A DNA stretch of 64,000 nt from the NCBI RefSeq assembly GCF_006345805.1, contig NW_021834672.1, positions 3,693-67,692 of the forward strand, in the 5' to 3' direction. The notes beneath the pieces were generated by a model. That model was not told where the DNA came from, searched no databases, and saw only the letters and a list, made by a program, of their open reading frames with translations. The DNA is from Octopus sinensis. Its lineage: Eukaryota. Of the stretch, positions 1 through 11,219 are shown one piece after another. Made by a program: the position numbers and the translations under genes. Every line of letters begins with the position of its first letter. Position 1 is the stretch's first letter.

Positions 1-99
1 CTGTTGACTGGGAGAACACAAACATGGTTTAAACAGTAAGCTTAGCAGGAAAGAAACGTGCCTTTAAGCAGTACAAAAACAAAAAATAGAAGGTGCAGT

Positions 100-310
100 T
101 ATGTGCAGGTTGACGGAAGAAAAGCGGGACAAAAACGGCTTTATCGATCGCATTCTCACCTAGAATCGATTTTTATAATTTTTTCGACTTATACACTCCC
201 TGACACCGTCGGTATCTACAAATTTGAGCACAATCGAATGGAGGATGCCCGAGATCCGAGAAACACACACACACACACACACACACACAGAACGGATTTT
301 ATATAACAGA
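100..310 (-). mobile_element. Probable non-autonomous Helitron-like 5' end
   Basis: Minus strand begins TCTGTTATATAAAATCCGTTCT(GT)n...CGATTGTGCTCAAATTT, the layout of non-autonomous Helitron 5' termini (TC start, AT-rich tract, GT microsatellite). Confidence 0.45.
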
Positions 311-400
311 ATTGTACACACGCAAATATAAACGACACTGCTTAATAAATTATATAAAATCTTAGATAAATATTAATGTGGTCATTATTCTTGTCTTCTT

Positions 401-791
401 AAGGCGGCGAGCTGGCAGAAACGTTAGCACGCCGGGCGAAGCGCGTAGCCGTATTTCGTCTGCCGTTACGTTCTGAGTTCAAATTCTGCCGAGGTCGACT
501 TTGCCTTTCATCCTTTCGGGTGTACCAGTTACGCACTGGGGTCGATATAATCAACTTAATCCGTTTGTCTGTCCTTGTATGTCCTCTCTGTGTTTAGCCC
601 CTTGTGGATAGTAAAGAAATAGAAATATGCATTTCATCTGTCGTTACGTTCTGAGTTCAAATTCCACCCAGGTTGACTTTGTTGGTCATCCTTATGGGGT
701 CGATAAATTAAGTACCAATTGCTTATCGGGGTCGATCTAATCGACTGGCCCCTCCTCCAAAATTTCGGGCCTTGTGTCTAGAGTAGAAAAG
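401..791 (+). mobile_element. tRNA-derived SINE family A (two-unit copy)
   Basis: Head GGCGGCGAGCTGGCAGAAACGTTAGC, B-box-like GAGTTCAAATTC, body GTCGACTTTGCCTTTCATCCTTTCGGG. 17-bp TSD ATTATTCTTGTCTTCTT at 384-400 and 792-808. Confidence 0.9.
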
Positions 792-959
792 ATTATTCTT
801 GTCTTCTTGTCAAAGTCTGCGAGACAGCTACTCTATCCGGGATATTGGATTCAGCAGTTCTGAAGAAGGGGGCTAGCGGAAACCCCTCATCGACTCAGCA
901 ACTGGCAGCGATTTTCTATTCAAAGAGATGAAGGATATAGCTTGAATTTTGAAAGTAAA

Positions 960-1480
960 GAGATTCATAAACGATTCTGACAGTTCACACCCTTGATAAC
1001 ACTAATAAAGGTTTCGAATTTTAGCACAGTGCCAGAAATTTTGTGGGAGAGCGTAAGATGATTACGATGAACACAATGCTCTACTGGCACTTATATTAAA
1101 TGACCCCGAAGTGATTAGAGGCAAAGTCAACCCCAATGGAATTTGAAATTCAGAATGTAAAGGCGCACGAAACGCGGCTGGCTAAGCATTTTGTCCATCG
1201 TGCTAACCATTCTGACAGCTCACCACCTTGATAACAACAAGAACAATAACGCTAATAATGATAATAATAATCCTGTCTACAATAGGCACAAGGCCTGAAA
1301 TTTGGAGGGAAGGGACTAGTTGATTACATCCACCCCAGTTTTTCACTGGTACTCAATTAATCGATCTCCGAAAAGGATAAGTCAACTTCGGCAGAGTTTG
1401 AACTCAGAACACAGCGACGGGCGAAATACGGCTAAGCTTTTCGTCCAGCGTACTAACTATTCTGCCAGCTCGCCGCCTTA
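960..1480 (-). mobile_element. Head-to-tail array of diverged family A SINEs
   Basis: Repeated CTGACAGCTCACCACCTT / CTGCCAGCTCGCCGCCTT head ends at about 990, 1228 and 1479, separated by (AAT/AAC)n tracts. Confidence 0.8.
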
Positions 1481-1492
1481 ATAATGTTAACA

Positions 1493-1572
<80 letters not shown>

Positions 1573-1625
1573 TAATTATAATAATAATAATAATAATAAT
1601 AATAATGGTAATAATAATAATAATA

Positions 1626-1665
<40 letters not shown>

Positions 1666-1808
1666 TAATAAAATAGTGATGGTGAAGATAATAATAAAAC
1701 AATAACAATAATAAAATAACAATAATAATAATAATATATAACAATAATAATAATAATAATAATTATAATAATAATATAATAATAATTAATAATAATAATA
1801 ATAATAAT

Positions 1809-1839
<31 letters not shown>

Positions 1840-1889
1840 TAATAATAATGATAATAATATATAATGATGGTGAAGATAATAATAATAAC

Positions 1890-1921
<32 letters not shown>

Positions 1922-1979
1922 TAATAATAATTATTATTATTATAATAATAATAATAATAACAATAATAATAATAATAAT

Positions 1980-2026
<47 letters not shown>

Positions 2027-2030
2027 GATA
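1480..2030. repeat. (AAT)n microsatellite
   Basis: Long imperfect AAT array; the interruption GATGGTGAAGATAAT occurs twice (about 1678 and 1866). Confidence 0.95.
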
Positions 2031-2220
2031 ATGGTTTCAAATTGCAGCACCAGGTCACCAATATCAGATGAGAGGGAAAGGGGATTACATCAACCCCAGT
2101 GCTCAACTGGAACTTATTTTATCAACCCTGAAAAGATGAAAGGTAAAGTTGAATAAGACGGAATTTAAGCAAACTGTTTTGTTCGGTGTGTTAACCATTC
2201 TGACAGCTCGTCGTCTTGAT
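2030..2220 (-). mobile_element. Family A SINE, diverged
   Basis: Similar to the reverse complement of 401-791. Confidence 0.75.
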
Positions 2221-2363
2221 AACAACAACAGCAACAATAATAATAACAATAATAATAATAATCCTTTCTACTAAAGGCACAAGGCTTAAAATTTTGCGGA
2301 TGGGGGCTAGTCGATTAAATTGACCCCAATGCGTAAGTTATAATAATAATAATAATAATAATA

Positions 2364-3101
2364 ATTGCAGCACAAGACCAAAGCCTCCCCACCAGAAATT
2401 ACCAAAAACATGTAATGAAAAGAAATATTACAAGTAACTGCAGAATATGTGGAGATGGACAAGAAACAATAAATCATATTATCTCTAGCTGCCCAGTCCT
2501 GGCTAAGAAGGAATATATTCACAGACATGACAGAGTTGGAACCTACATACATTGGAAGCTATGCCAACATTATGGAATAACGACAGAAAAAAGATGGTAT
2601 AAGCACACACCAGAGAAGGTCACAGAAAACGAGAAAGCAACCATACTCTGGGATATGCCGATACACACAGATAGAGAAATTAAGGCCAACAGACCAGATA
2701 TAGTTGTCAGAGATCATGAAGAAAAAAAATGCTTTCTAATTGATGTATCAATAACCGGCAGATGACAACGTGTCTCTAAAAGAAATGGAGAAACTCTCAA
2801 AATACAAAGACCTGGAAATAGAGGTAACTAGAATGTGGAATCTGAAAACAGAAACAATTCCTATCATAGTAGGTGCATTAGGCATGATAAAAAAATATTC
2901 AGACAAATACATAACGAAAACACCAGGACTTACAAACACATATAACATACAGAAATTGCACTACTAGGCACTGCACACATCCTACGCAGAACACTTTCCA
3001 TACAATAACCATCAGAGCATCACAACAAATCACAGCGCATACCCAGGCACACAGAGCTGCGCTCGGTAGTGAAGTGAAAGCACGCTATAAAAATAAAACT
3101 A

Positions 3102-3103
<2 letters not shown>
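2364..3103 (+). mobile_element. 5'-truncated R4/Dong-like non-LTR retrotransposon (CCHC finger + restriction-like endonuclease), frameshifted
   Basis: Reads IAAQDQSLPTRNY...CRICGDGQETINHIISSC...RHDRV...NRPDIVV...LIDVSI(P)ADDNV...KYKDL...PIIVGALG...ALLGTAHILRR. Frameshifts near 2755 and 2953. Flanked on both sides by (TAA)n. Confidence 0.9.
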
Positions 3104-3167
<64 letters not shown>

Positions 3168-3189
3168 TAATAATATAATAATAATAATA

Positions 3190-3752
3190 ACAATAAAAAT
3201 GCCCTGATGCAGTACCAGGCAGTGGCCCTCATGGCTTCTGATCTTAACTGATTGGAAGTGTTATCATGTACATTGTTTGTCTTGGATAAAAGATGGGCTA
3301 CAGCAAATATTCTGCTCAATACCACAGATTTGCTTGTAGTTGTTTGGCCTTAACCAGTTGAGCATGTCCCTTAGTGGCTGACGATATGTGCATCTCTGAT
3401 CACGAGCAGAAGTAGTGGGGGAGCATCATGGCCATGTGTTGAGAGGGATTCTTTGGGGTTTGAATAATTCACCTCTGGAAACATAGGTGTTTCGTTCAAC
3501 ATCCTAAAGCAACCCTTATTCAGGGACCTTTTGAGCGGGATGGACTACTCAACCTGAAGAAAATTCTAACTGGGCTCCACCTGCAAGGTCATGTGCTGTT
3601 TATCTTGATATGAGATCACCATGTCGCGCACATATGGTTGTGATGCATGTGCCTGGTGTACCTTTATCAAACGGGTAGTCATGATGGGTATATTGGGCTT
3701 CGTATATTTTACCCCAGTGTCACTTTGATGGCATGAACTGCTCTCTCACACA
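3190..3752 (+). mobile_element. Unclassified ~560-bp non-coding element embedded in (TAA)n
   Basis: Complex sequence bounded on both sides by AAT repeats; no recognisable ORF or tRNA head. Confidence 0.5.
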
Positions 3753-3834
3753 ATAATAATAACAATAATAATTTCAGGGTTGATAAAATAAGTTCCAGTT
3801 ATTATCATCATCATCACTATTATAATATATTATT

Positions 3835-3956
3835 ATCCTAAAGGATGAAAGACAAAGTCGACTTCTGAAGAATTTGAACTTTGAACGTAAAGTCGGACGA
3901 AACGCCGGTAAGCGTTTTGTCCGGTTTGCTAACAATTCTGACAGCTCACCGCCTTG
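3835..3956 (-). mobile_element. Family A SINE 5' half (3' half probably at 2260-2337)
   Basis: Matches family A head and body on the minus strand, collinear with the tail fragment at 2260-2337. Confidence 0.7.
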
Positions 3957-4349
3957 ACAACAATAGCAACAATAACAACAATAATAATGGTTTTCTAAGC
4001 TGTTCCTAAAAATTCGATTAACCGGGAGCTCTGTTTCTCCATATTAGTATTGCTTTTTCTTTACTTTCCTCTTTCGATTCGGACGTAGCTGCTTGCAGCA
4101 AGAATTTTTCACAAATTGAATTCGATTTAACTGTGTCTCACACGATATCTGCATTTCTTCAAATTGCCAATGTGTGCTGTTGCCCTCGTTTAGCGACTGT
4201 TTATCTTTCACTTCTAATCAAATCCCTTGTTAAATGGTGAATTTCGCTGAAACTTTACATAGCTCAGGCAACGCTTCTCGTGTAGGTTGTCTCTCGTTAA
4301 AGACAGGAAGTGGACAGAGGAAACATTATACGCTTCTATGTGTATGCAC

Positions 4350-4413
4350 ATACGTATATATATAAATACATCTACATATATATCATATATATACATATAT
4401 ATATATATAAATA

Positions 4414-4468
<55 letters not shown>

Positions 4469-4481
4469 GCACACATATATA

Positions 4482-4526
<45 letters not shown>

Positions 4527-4829
4527 GTATGTACATCTGTGTGTGTGTACATCTGTGTGTGTGTACATTATAACTAAATGTATATAAACATACGTATAAT
4601 TACGACACATTTATATACATATTGGGTAAGATTATATGTACTTATATGTATAAACATGTACAGAGGCCTTCACATACATACACAGATGGAGACAGAGTGG
4701 AAGAGACGGAAAGAGAGAATGAGAGAGAGATATCATCATAAATGACGTTGGATTCTGGTTTTTATGATTATATATATATACGCACATTTATATAACATAC
4801 ATGTACCTAAGTATATATATTATTTATAT

Positions 4830-4861
<32 letters not shown>

Positions 4862-5162
4862 CTATATTATATATATATATATATTATATACATATATATA
4901 TTATATCTATAATATATATATATATTATATATATTATAATACTATCAATTACATATATACATTCTATGCATGCATACACCTACGTACTTCTATATGCATA
5001 AATATATATATATAATATATGCATGTATATATATATATATATGTGTGTGTGTGTATGTATATATATATATATATATGTATGTATATGTATGTATATACCT
5101 ATACATATATACATACACATATTTACCTATGTAGATATATGCGTGTGTATGTTGTAGGTATG

Positions 5163-5193
<31 letters not shown>

Positions 5194-5390
5194 GGATATT
5201 TATATATATATAGATAGCTATATATATATATATGTATATATATGTGTGTGTATATATATATAGGTATGTATATGTATATATGTATATATATGTATATATA
5301 TATGTATATATATGTATTTATAGATATGTGTGTGTGTGTGAGCGTGTATGTATGTGTATATATATACATGTATATTTAGTGATGTTGTAT
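4350..5390. repeat. (TA)n/(TG)n compound microsatellite region
   Basis: Dense dinucleotide repeats. Similar tracts at 5840-6195, 18660-20240, 20730-21260, 29040-29440, 31650-32210, 38260-39090, 57140-57740 and 58370-58605. Confidence 0.95.
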
Positions 5391-5873
5391 GTGTATCATG
5401 ATATAAGAAGGGAAGATGTGTCAAGGATGAGGAGATGAGGAAGAGTGTGAGTAAAACCACTTTTCCTCAAATCTCGACGTAAAATCCGAATTAGGAGATG
5501 TGATATAAGACATGCTACTGACAGCTAATTACCGTAAACCCACGAAAAACAACGGAAATTCGCGGTGTTTATCGTATTTCGGCTGTCCGCTTTATATCCG
5601 TTCCGCAGAGAAGATATATAACAATCACTATCGGGAATTTGATGTCTCCAAAATCTACATGATTTTCTGCATGATACAAAAATATAACATAAGAGATAGC
5701 AATTAATACAACATAGAAATAATATAGAAGGCACCTGGAAAATGAAAACAGAAATTTGTGAGAAAAAAAATTGAATTGAATTGTAGTTCTTTGCTGGGAA
5801 GTATAAGCGGGATACATAAATACGGAACAAATATAATGTGTGTGTGTATGTATGTGTATTGTATATATTGTAT

Positions 5874-5922
<49 letters not shown>

Positions 5923-5956
5923 AGGAAGAGAAAAAGCTAGATAGATAGATAGATAT

Positions 5957-6001
<45 letters not shown>

Positions 6002-6043
6002 CACACATACATACATACATATATACATGCATAAATACATATT

Positions 6044-6123
<80 letters not shown>

Positions 6124-6389
6124 AGAAGAGAGAGAGAAGAGAAGAGAGAGAGAGAGAAGAGAGAGAGAGATACATATATATATAATATATATATTCGTTT
6201 CGCGGAACAGAAGCAGTATTAGATAAAAATTGCAATCGATATATCATAGTCAATGTAGGCGCATTTCAGTAAAGGTAACTTAACTGCTCTACTCGTCCGG
6301 AGATAAAATCTGTTAAATAGCACAAAAATATACCAGTAAACTCATGTGCCTTCAGTTTTCCTATTTCAGTGACGACGGATTGTGTTTTG

Positions 6390-6918
6390 GCACGATGTTG
6401 TCAGTGAGTGCATGCAGATGACAAACCCAAGAAAGCAGAAGTGTGCATCTAGCATTTCCTCCACAGCTGCTGGATGATTTTTGCCTGGCTGTACATCTGG
6501 ATTGTGCGGAGTTAACTAATAAGAGAGGGGATATAAAAGCTTCACAAACCTGTTTAAATGCTTCCCGTTGGCTGAGAGATATCGACTGAATTTCCCGAAA
6601 TGCGCCAATTAGGACATGGACAAAGAGCTTCGATCATCAAGATCCCATCTAGATAGAGTATTCTGTAGGCCTGGAGATAGGGGCAATATAGGATGCCCAC
6701 AATTCAAAATGTTGTATCAAGAGTATCCCGAGGTGAGACGCCTGACTCACTGGGTGCCGTGAAGCGTTCACTACCTTCTGCCAGTTGAACAATGTGGTTG
6801 GTAGATGTTCCATTATGGCATTGCTTTCTATGGAGGGTTAATGGCGAGTAAGAGCTACAGCTTCGGCGGTGAAACCCTGAACATCAATCAAAATCAGCTG
6901 ACTGATCTGTTCCGAAGG
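6390..6918 (+). pseudogene. Possible decayed retroviral-type integrase (Gypsy/Ginger-like) remnant
   Basis: Fragmentary reads DVVSECMQ, AVHLDCAELTNKRG and GLEIGAI*D resemble integrase CxxC, HLDFAEL and NGLAERAIRD motifs; many stops. Confidence 0.35.
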
Positions 6919-6928
6919 ACTTTCGAGA

Positions 6929-7237
6929 TTGTTGTTTGCTCCTTCTCGAGCCACGCCTGGCTCATAAGGGCCCGGCTTCCCGGTTCCCTTGGCGTATAGG
7001 TTCCCCCACCTGGACGGAACGCCGGTCCGTCGCAGGTGAGCTGCAAGATGCAGGAAGAAAGGGTGGGAGAAAGTTGTGACGAAAGAGTCAGCAGAAGTTC
7101 GCCATTACCTTCTGCCGGAGCCGCATGGAGCTTAGGTGTTTTGCTCATAAACACACACATCGCCCGGTCTGAGATTCGAACCCGCAATCCCTCGACCGCG
7201 TGTCCACTGCTCTAACCACTAGGCCATGTGCCGCCAC
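6929..7237 (-). mobile_element. tRNA-derived SINE family C, full length
   Basis: Head GGCACATGGCCTAGTGGTTAGAGCAG...GGGTTCGAATCTC, (CAA)n tail. 10-bp TSD ACTTTCGAGA at 6919-6928 and 7238-7247. Confidence 0.92.
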
Positions 7238-8000
7238 ACTTTCGAGAAGGGACCCATGAATAATTTCCACAAATCTCTAGCTTGACAATGCTACCGAGAG
7301 GACATTGCCGCTTCAGGATAAACTCGACAGGGATGACCTTCCGTCGGACGCGCCTCCCCAAGATGCACGTACGACGGGACCTTCCTGCAGGTTCTCGTAC
7401 AATGTTTGATCATTGTTGACTTGTGAAGCGATGTCAAACAGATTCTCTCACATGTAGGACGGGTCCTTCTATCGGTTGACTAAATCTTGAAGATCGCTCC
7501 ACTGTGTTTCTTTTGCTCAAGAAAGACAGTCTGGTGATAATGGCCACAGCGGTTGTATGCTGGCTGATACTGTGAGGACTGAAGACAGACACCTTCCTTT
7601 TGGGTCGAGGCCTCATCAACTGTTTAAAATTTCATTTATAAACGAAAGTAGGTGTTGAGAGCGATGTAGTGCTCGTGCCTCAGTAAATCTTGTAGAAAGG
7701 TGGGTGAATGTAGCGAGGATTGTCCGTGTAAGTAATCCTACTCCAAGCTGGCGCGTGTAGGCTGAGGAGTAAGGAAGCGAGAGAAGCATATGCCACGGTA
7801 CTCCTGATTAACAAAGTACCTTGGAATCTGTGGTATCACTAGGTAACCCCTGGACGGCGATTTACCCCTTATTACGCAATTTGCTAAAATTATTTTGTTA
7901 ATTGCTATTATTTTTCTGTTCACGGGTTTTCCAAATTAATCCCCCCTACCCTTTATCTGTATATTGTCCTAAACGTTTTTCGCAGCCCTTGTGGTCAACA

Positions 8001-8002
<2 letters not shown>

Positions 8003-8043
<41 letters not shown>

Positions 8044-8255
8044 TGTGGTGGCGGTGGTGGTGGTGGTGGTGGTGGTGGTGGTGGTGGTTGTGGTGGTGGT
8101 GGTGGTGGTGGTGGTGATTTTGGTGGAGGTGGTGGTTTTGGTGGTGGAGGTGGAGGTGGTGGTAGTAGTAGTAGCAGCAGCAGCATTATTATTATTAGTA
8201 GTAGTAGTAATAGTAGTAGTTGTGTTACTTCTACAGCTACTACTACTACTACTGT
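8003..8255. repeat. (GTA)n/(GTG)n trinucleotide repeat
   Basis: Visible directly in the sequence. Confidence 0.95.
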
Positions 8256-8289
8256 CTACGTTGCCACTACTATTACGGCCAATGATGGA

Positions 8290-8730
8290 ACTATAAGTAT
8301 CTGAAGATGCGATAGTGATTATAGCCATGTGGCTGGCGTTATCTTGAATAGAATTGCCATTAAGTCCTTGTTTGGAAATAAACCAGTTAATGATGGAATT
8401 ATGAAGATCAGTCTTCGAGGAAAACCATTTAACGACCTCAGCCAAACAGTTTTATGCTCCGTCTACAGCCACAAATGAGGAAGAATTTGATCGATTCTAT
8501 GATGCCAAGAAGAAACTGATCAATCGCCTCCTAAAGATATCCTCATTTTGATTGGAGATTCAAAAGCTAAGGTGGTAAAACTAACAACAAAACCGGAGAA
8601 ATCAATAGTTGTAGGTAATTTCGGTTTAGGTATTAGGCATGATTAAGGTGGCCGTTTAGTTGAATTATGTAATTAAAATAGATTCTGCATTTCTATTGCA
8701 TCGTTTAACTGACATCGTTATTGCCGATCG
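8290..8730 (+). mobile_element. RTE-clade LINE, decayed APE endonuclease (N-terminal part)
   Basis: VAGVILNRIAIKSLFGNKPVNDGIMKISLRGKPFN...FYAPS...EEEFDRFYD...KDILILIGDSKAKV...VGNFGLGIR...GRLVELC matches RTE endonuclease motifs. Confidence 0.85.
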
Positions 8731-9152
8731 CAAGGAGTATTTAGAATCTTGCACATAGTAACATGTATCTTCACATTTCGTTTCATGGACAGTTCGGTGG
8801 CGACTAAAGCGAGAACCCTGTTGAGTTCGCTCCTCGGAAGGACTTGAGGTAGCTCAACAAACTAAACCTTACAGCTGGCAAAGAGCTGAAACGTAGCTAT
8901 CATCGCCCCTCGTGGGACGGTGTCGAAGAAATATCAGATTGGGAAACTGGCGCAAGACAATGATCTTTTAATGATTGTAAGCCGTTTGAATTAATTAATT
9001 ATAAACACGTAACTGAGTGAAGCGAATCTTCTTAGTGACAAGTAATATGGCTTTTGCTCTTCCAGATCTGTAGCTCACTCATCATTCATAAGGTAAATTC
9101 TCATCGTTCACAGGGTAAGCTTTGCAATGGATAATAGTTTTTTTTTTCCTTT

Positions 9153-9410
9153 ATATGTATTTGCATTGGGACCCCTTTCATCGAAAACCGGTGATTGTCG
9201 TGCGCTGATGACGGGTCAATACCCAGAAACTCGAGTCCGTGCGTATCACGTAGGTTGACGATGGGAAGGATGGCTTCCCTTTGCAAATACCGATAGGACA
9301 CAGAAAGTGTGTCAATATCCAGCTGGAGAAGATGTTCTCCTGGGGCTACAAGCTACAGTAACATCCACCCTTAGTGGTTAGCCATATTTAGATGGCAAAT
9401 ATACTTCACA
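9153..9410 (+). mobile_element. Hammerhead-bearing structured element, copy 1 (retrozyme- or Penelope-LTR-like)
   Basis: HHR at 9199-9243 followed by four hairpins; homologous to 35755-36079(-). Candidate 11-bp TSD TTTTTTCCTTT at 9142-9152 and 9411-9421. Confidence 0.7.
9199..9243 (+). ncRNA. Minimal type I hammerhead ribozyme
   Basis: cgtgcg-CTGATGA-c-gggt(caat)accc-a-GAAA-ctcgagt-C-cgtgcg: intact core, stem II, palindromic stem III ACTCGAGT, GUC site (predicted cleavage after 9237). Confidence 0.85.
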
Positions 9411-9998
9411 TTTTTTCCTTTGTTATTGTTTTGTGTATTATCGAAGCACTTGACGCGGTGTGGTATAGAGGGTTCCTCCATAATCTGACCTCTTATGGTA
9501 TATATATATTGTAGAGTCTTTTCTACCATCAAATCATTTCTTATGGCAAAGAAGAATGAAAAATATCCCAAACACTCAGCTTTCTGACATTTGTGAAATT
9601 AATAGTGTCATGCTCCGGTGATCTAACCAATGACCGACGCCTTTTTCTTTCGTATATAAAAAAAAACTTTACCTGAGAAAGTAATAAGATAATTTATCAT
9701 ATTTCCTGATGATACTGCGTTTTACAGTCGCAAGAAATTCATTTAGTTCTAAGTGCACATATTTTCAGTTAACGCTTCCTGGATCAATTTAGTTTCTTCT
9801 CTCACCTCACCACAAGCATGAATTTTCTGACCTCCTTCCTATTTCGCTGATTATGCTTGCTTTGAAAGGAAAAAACCTGAGGTTTTAAGTTCACGCCTGA
9901 TTTGAGATAGGACATTTAAATTGCTTACGTTCACAAAGCAGCATCTAGAACGATGAACTCGTTTTATCATTCGAAACGTTCGTAACACTTGATGCTCT

Positions 9999-10149
9999 TT
10001 TATACTCTTTTACTTGTTTCAGTCATGTGACTGTGGCCATGCTGAAGCACCGCCTTGACTCGAGCAAATCGATCCCGGGACTTATTCTTTGTAAGCCTAG
10101 TACTTAATTCATCGCTCTCTTTTGCCGAACCGCTAACTTACGGGGACGT

Positions 10150-10200
<51 letters not shown>

Positions 10201-10363
10201 GACGGGCTTCTTTCAGCTTCCGTCTACCAAATACCCTCACAAGATTTTGGTCGGCCCGAGACTATAGTAGAAGACACTTGCCCAAGGTCCCACGCAGTGG
10301 ACCTGAACCCCGGAACCCTCTGTTTCGTAAGCAAGCTACTTACCGCACAGCCACTCCTACGCC
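9999..10363 (-). mobile_element. tRNA-derived SINE family B
   Basis: Head GGCGTAGGAGTGGCTGTGCGGTAAG...GGGTTCAGGTCC, internal (TA)n, tail ...GACTGAAACAAGTAAAAGAG. Short TSD ATGCTCT. Confidence 0.9.
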
Positions 10364-10727
10364 TATGCTCTATTGTATCTCTGAAAGTGTCAGACTCACT
10401 AAAAATTAGACTACGGTTCAAAAATCTCTTCAGGCTTCTCGAAATATTTACTCTCCACACATGATAAAATGGAATCAGTGACGTAGTCTATTTGATAATG
10501 TACTGTTTTTGTCACTTCGATATCTCCATCATGATTGAAATGCTGCAAATCTGGTCCTTTAGAAGACGCTCAGCTAAACGAGATTCATTTCCTGATAACA
10601 TCAGTTCAGGAAGTTATCTTCAGAATGATGTGCGTTAAATTTCGGGAATTGCATGTGGACTTCCTAAATACCTCACAGATATGTTCCAAGATCCTGCACA
10701 CATTTTTTGTGCTTTCCTTCGTATGTG

Positions 10728-10774
<47 letters not shown>

Positions 10775-11219
10775 TGTGTGTGTTCTTGAGATGGGGTCTT
10801 TTTTGGGGTGGGGTGGGGTGGGTGGTTTAAGAGCAGCTGAATTGATGAATAACTTGTAGCCCCTTCGTTTTCCTGCAGAACTGATTTGCACTTTTTCAAA
10901 TTTAAGACTTAACTAATACCTTCCCTGATATTGGTTTCATTTCAATATTTTCATCGACTCTATTACCGCCTCATTTTATTTAATTTTACCAGCTCCTTTA
11001 GTGTCACCTCAGTTCTTTTATCGCATTTTTTATTACCATCTCATTATTTGTATTCCAATTAAATATTTTATCCATTATTTTCTTACCGTCCAGAACTTGC
11101 TATCTTTAAATATGCATGTACATATGCGTATGTGTATATAATCCCATATATATAATCCCTAAGTTATCTCTGGCATTTGTTTGGTGGGATTTTGAGTAAA
11201 AATTATGGAAAATATTTTC

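Noticed and set aside
9101-9301. Minus ORF with GVPMQIHIKE, superficially like a Gypsy RT N-terminus
   Set aside because: It is the antisense of the HHR element, and downstream RT motifs are not convincing.
9700-9740. CTGATGA-stem-GCAAGAAAT hammerhead-like string
   Set aside because: No stem III or NUH site can be formed.
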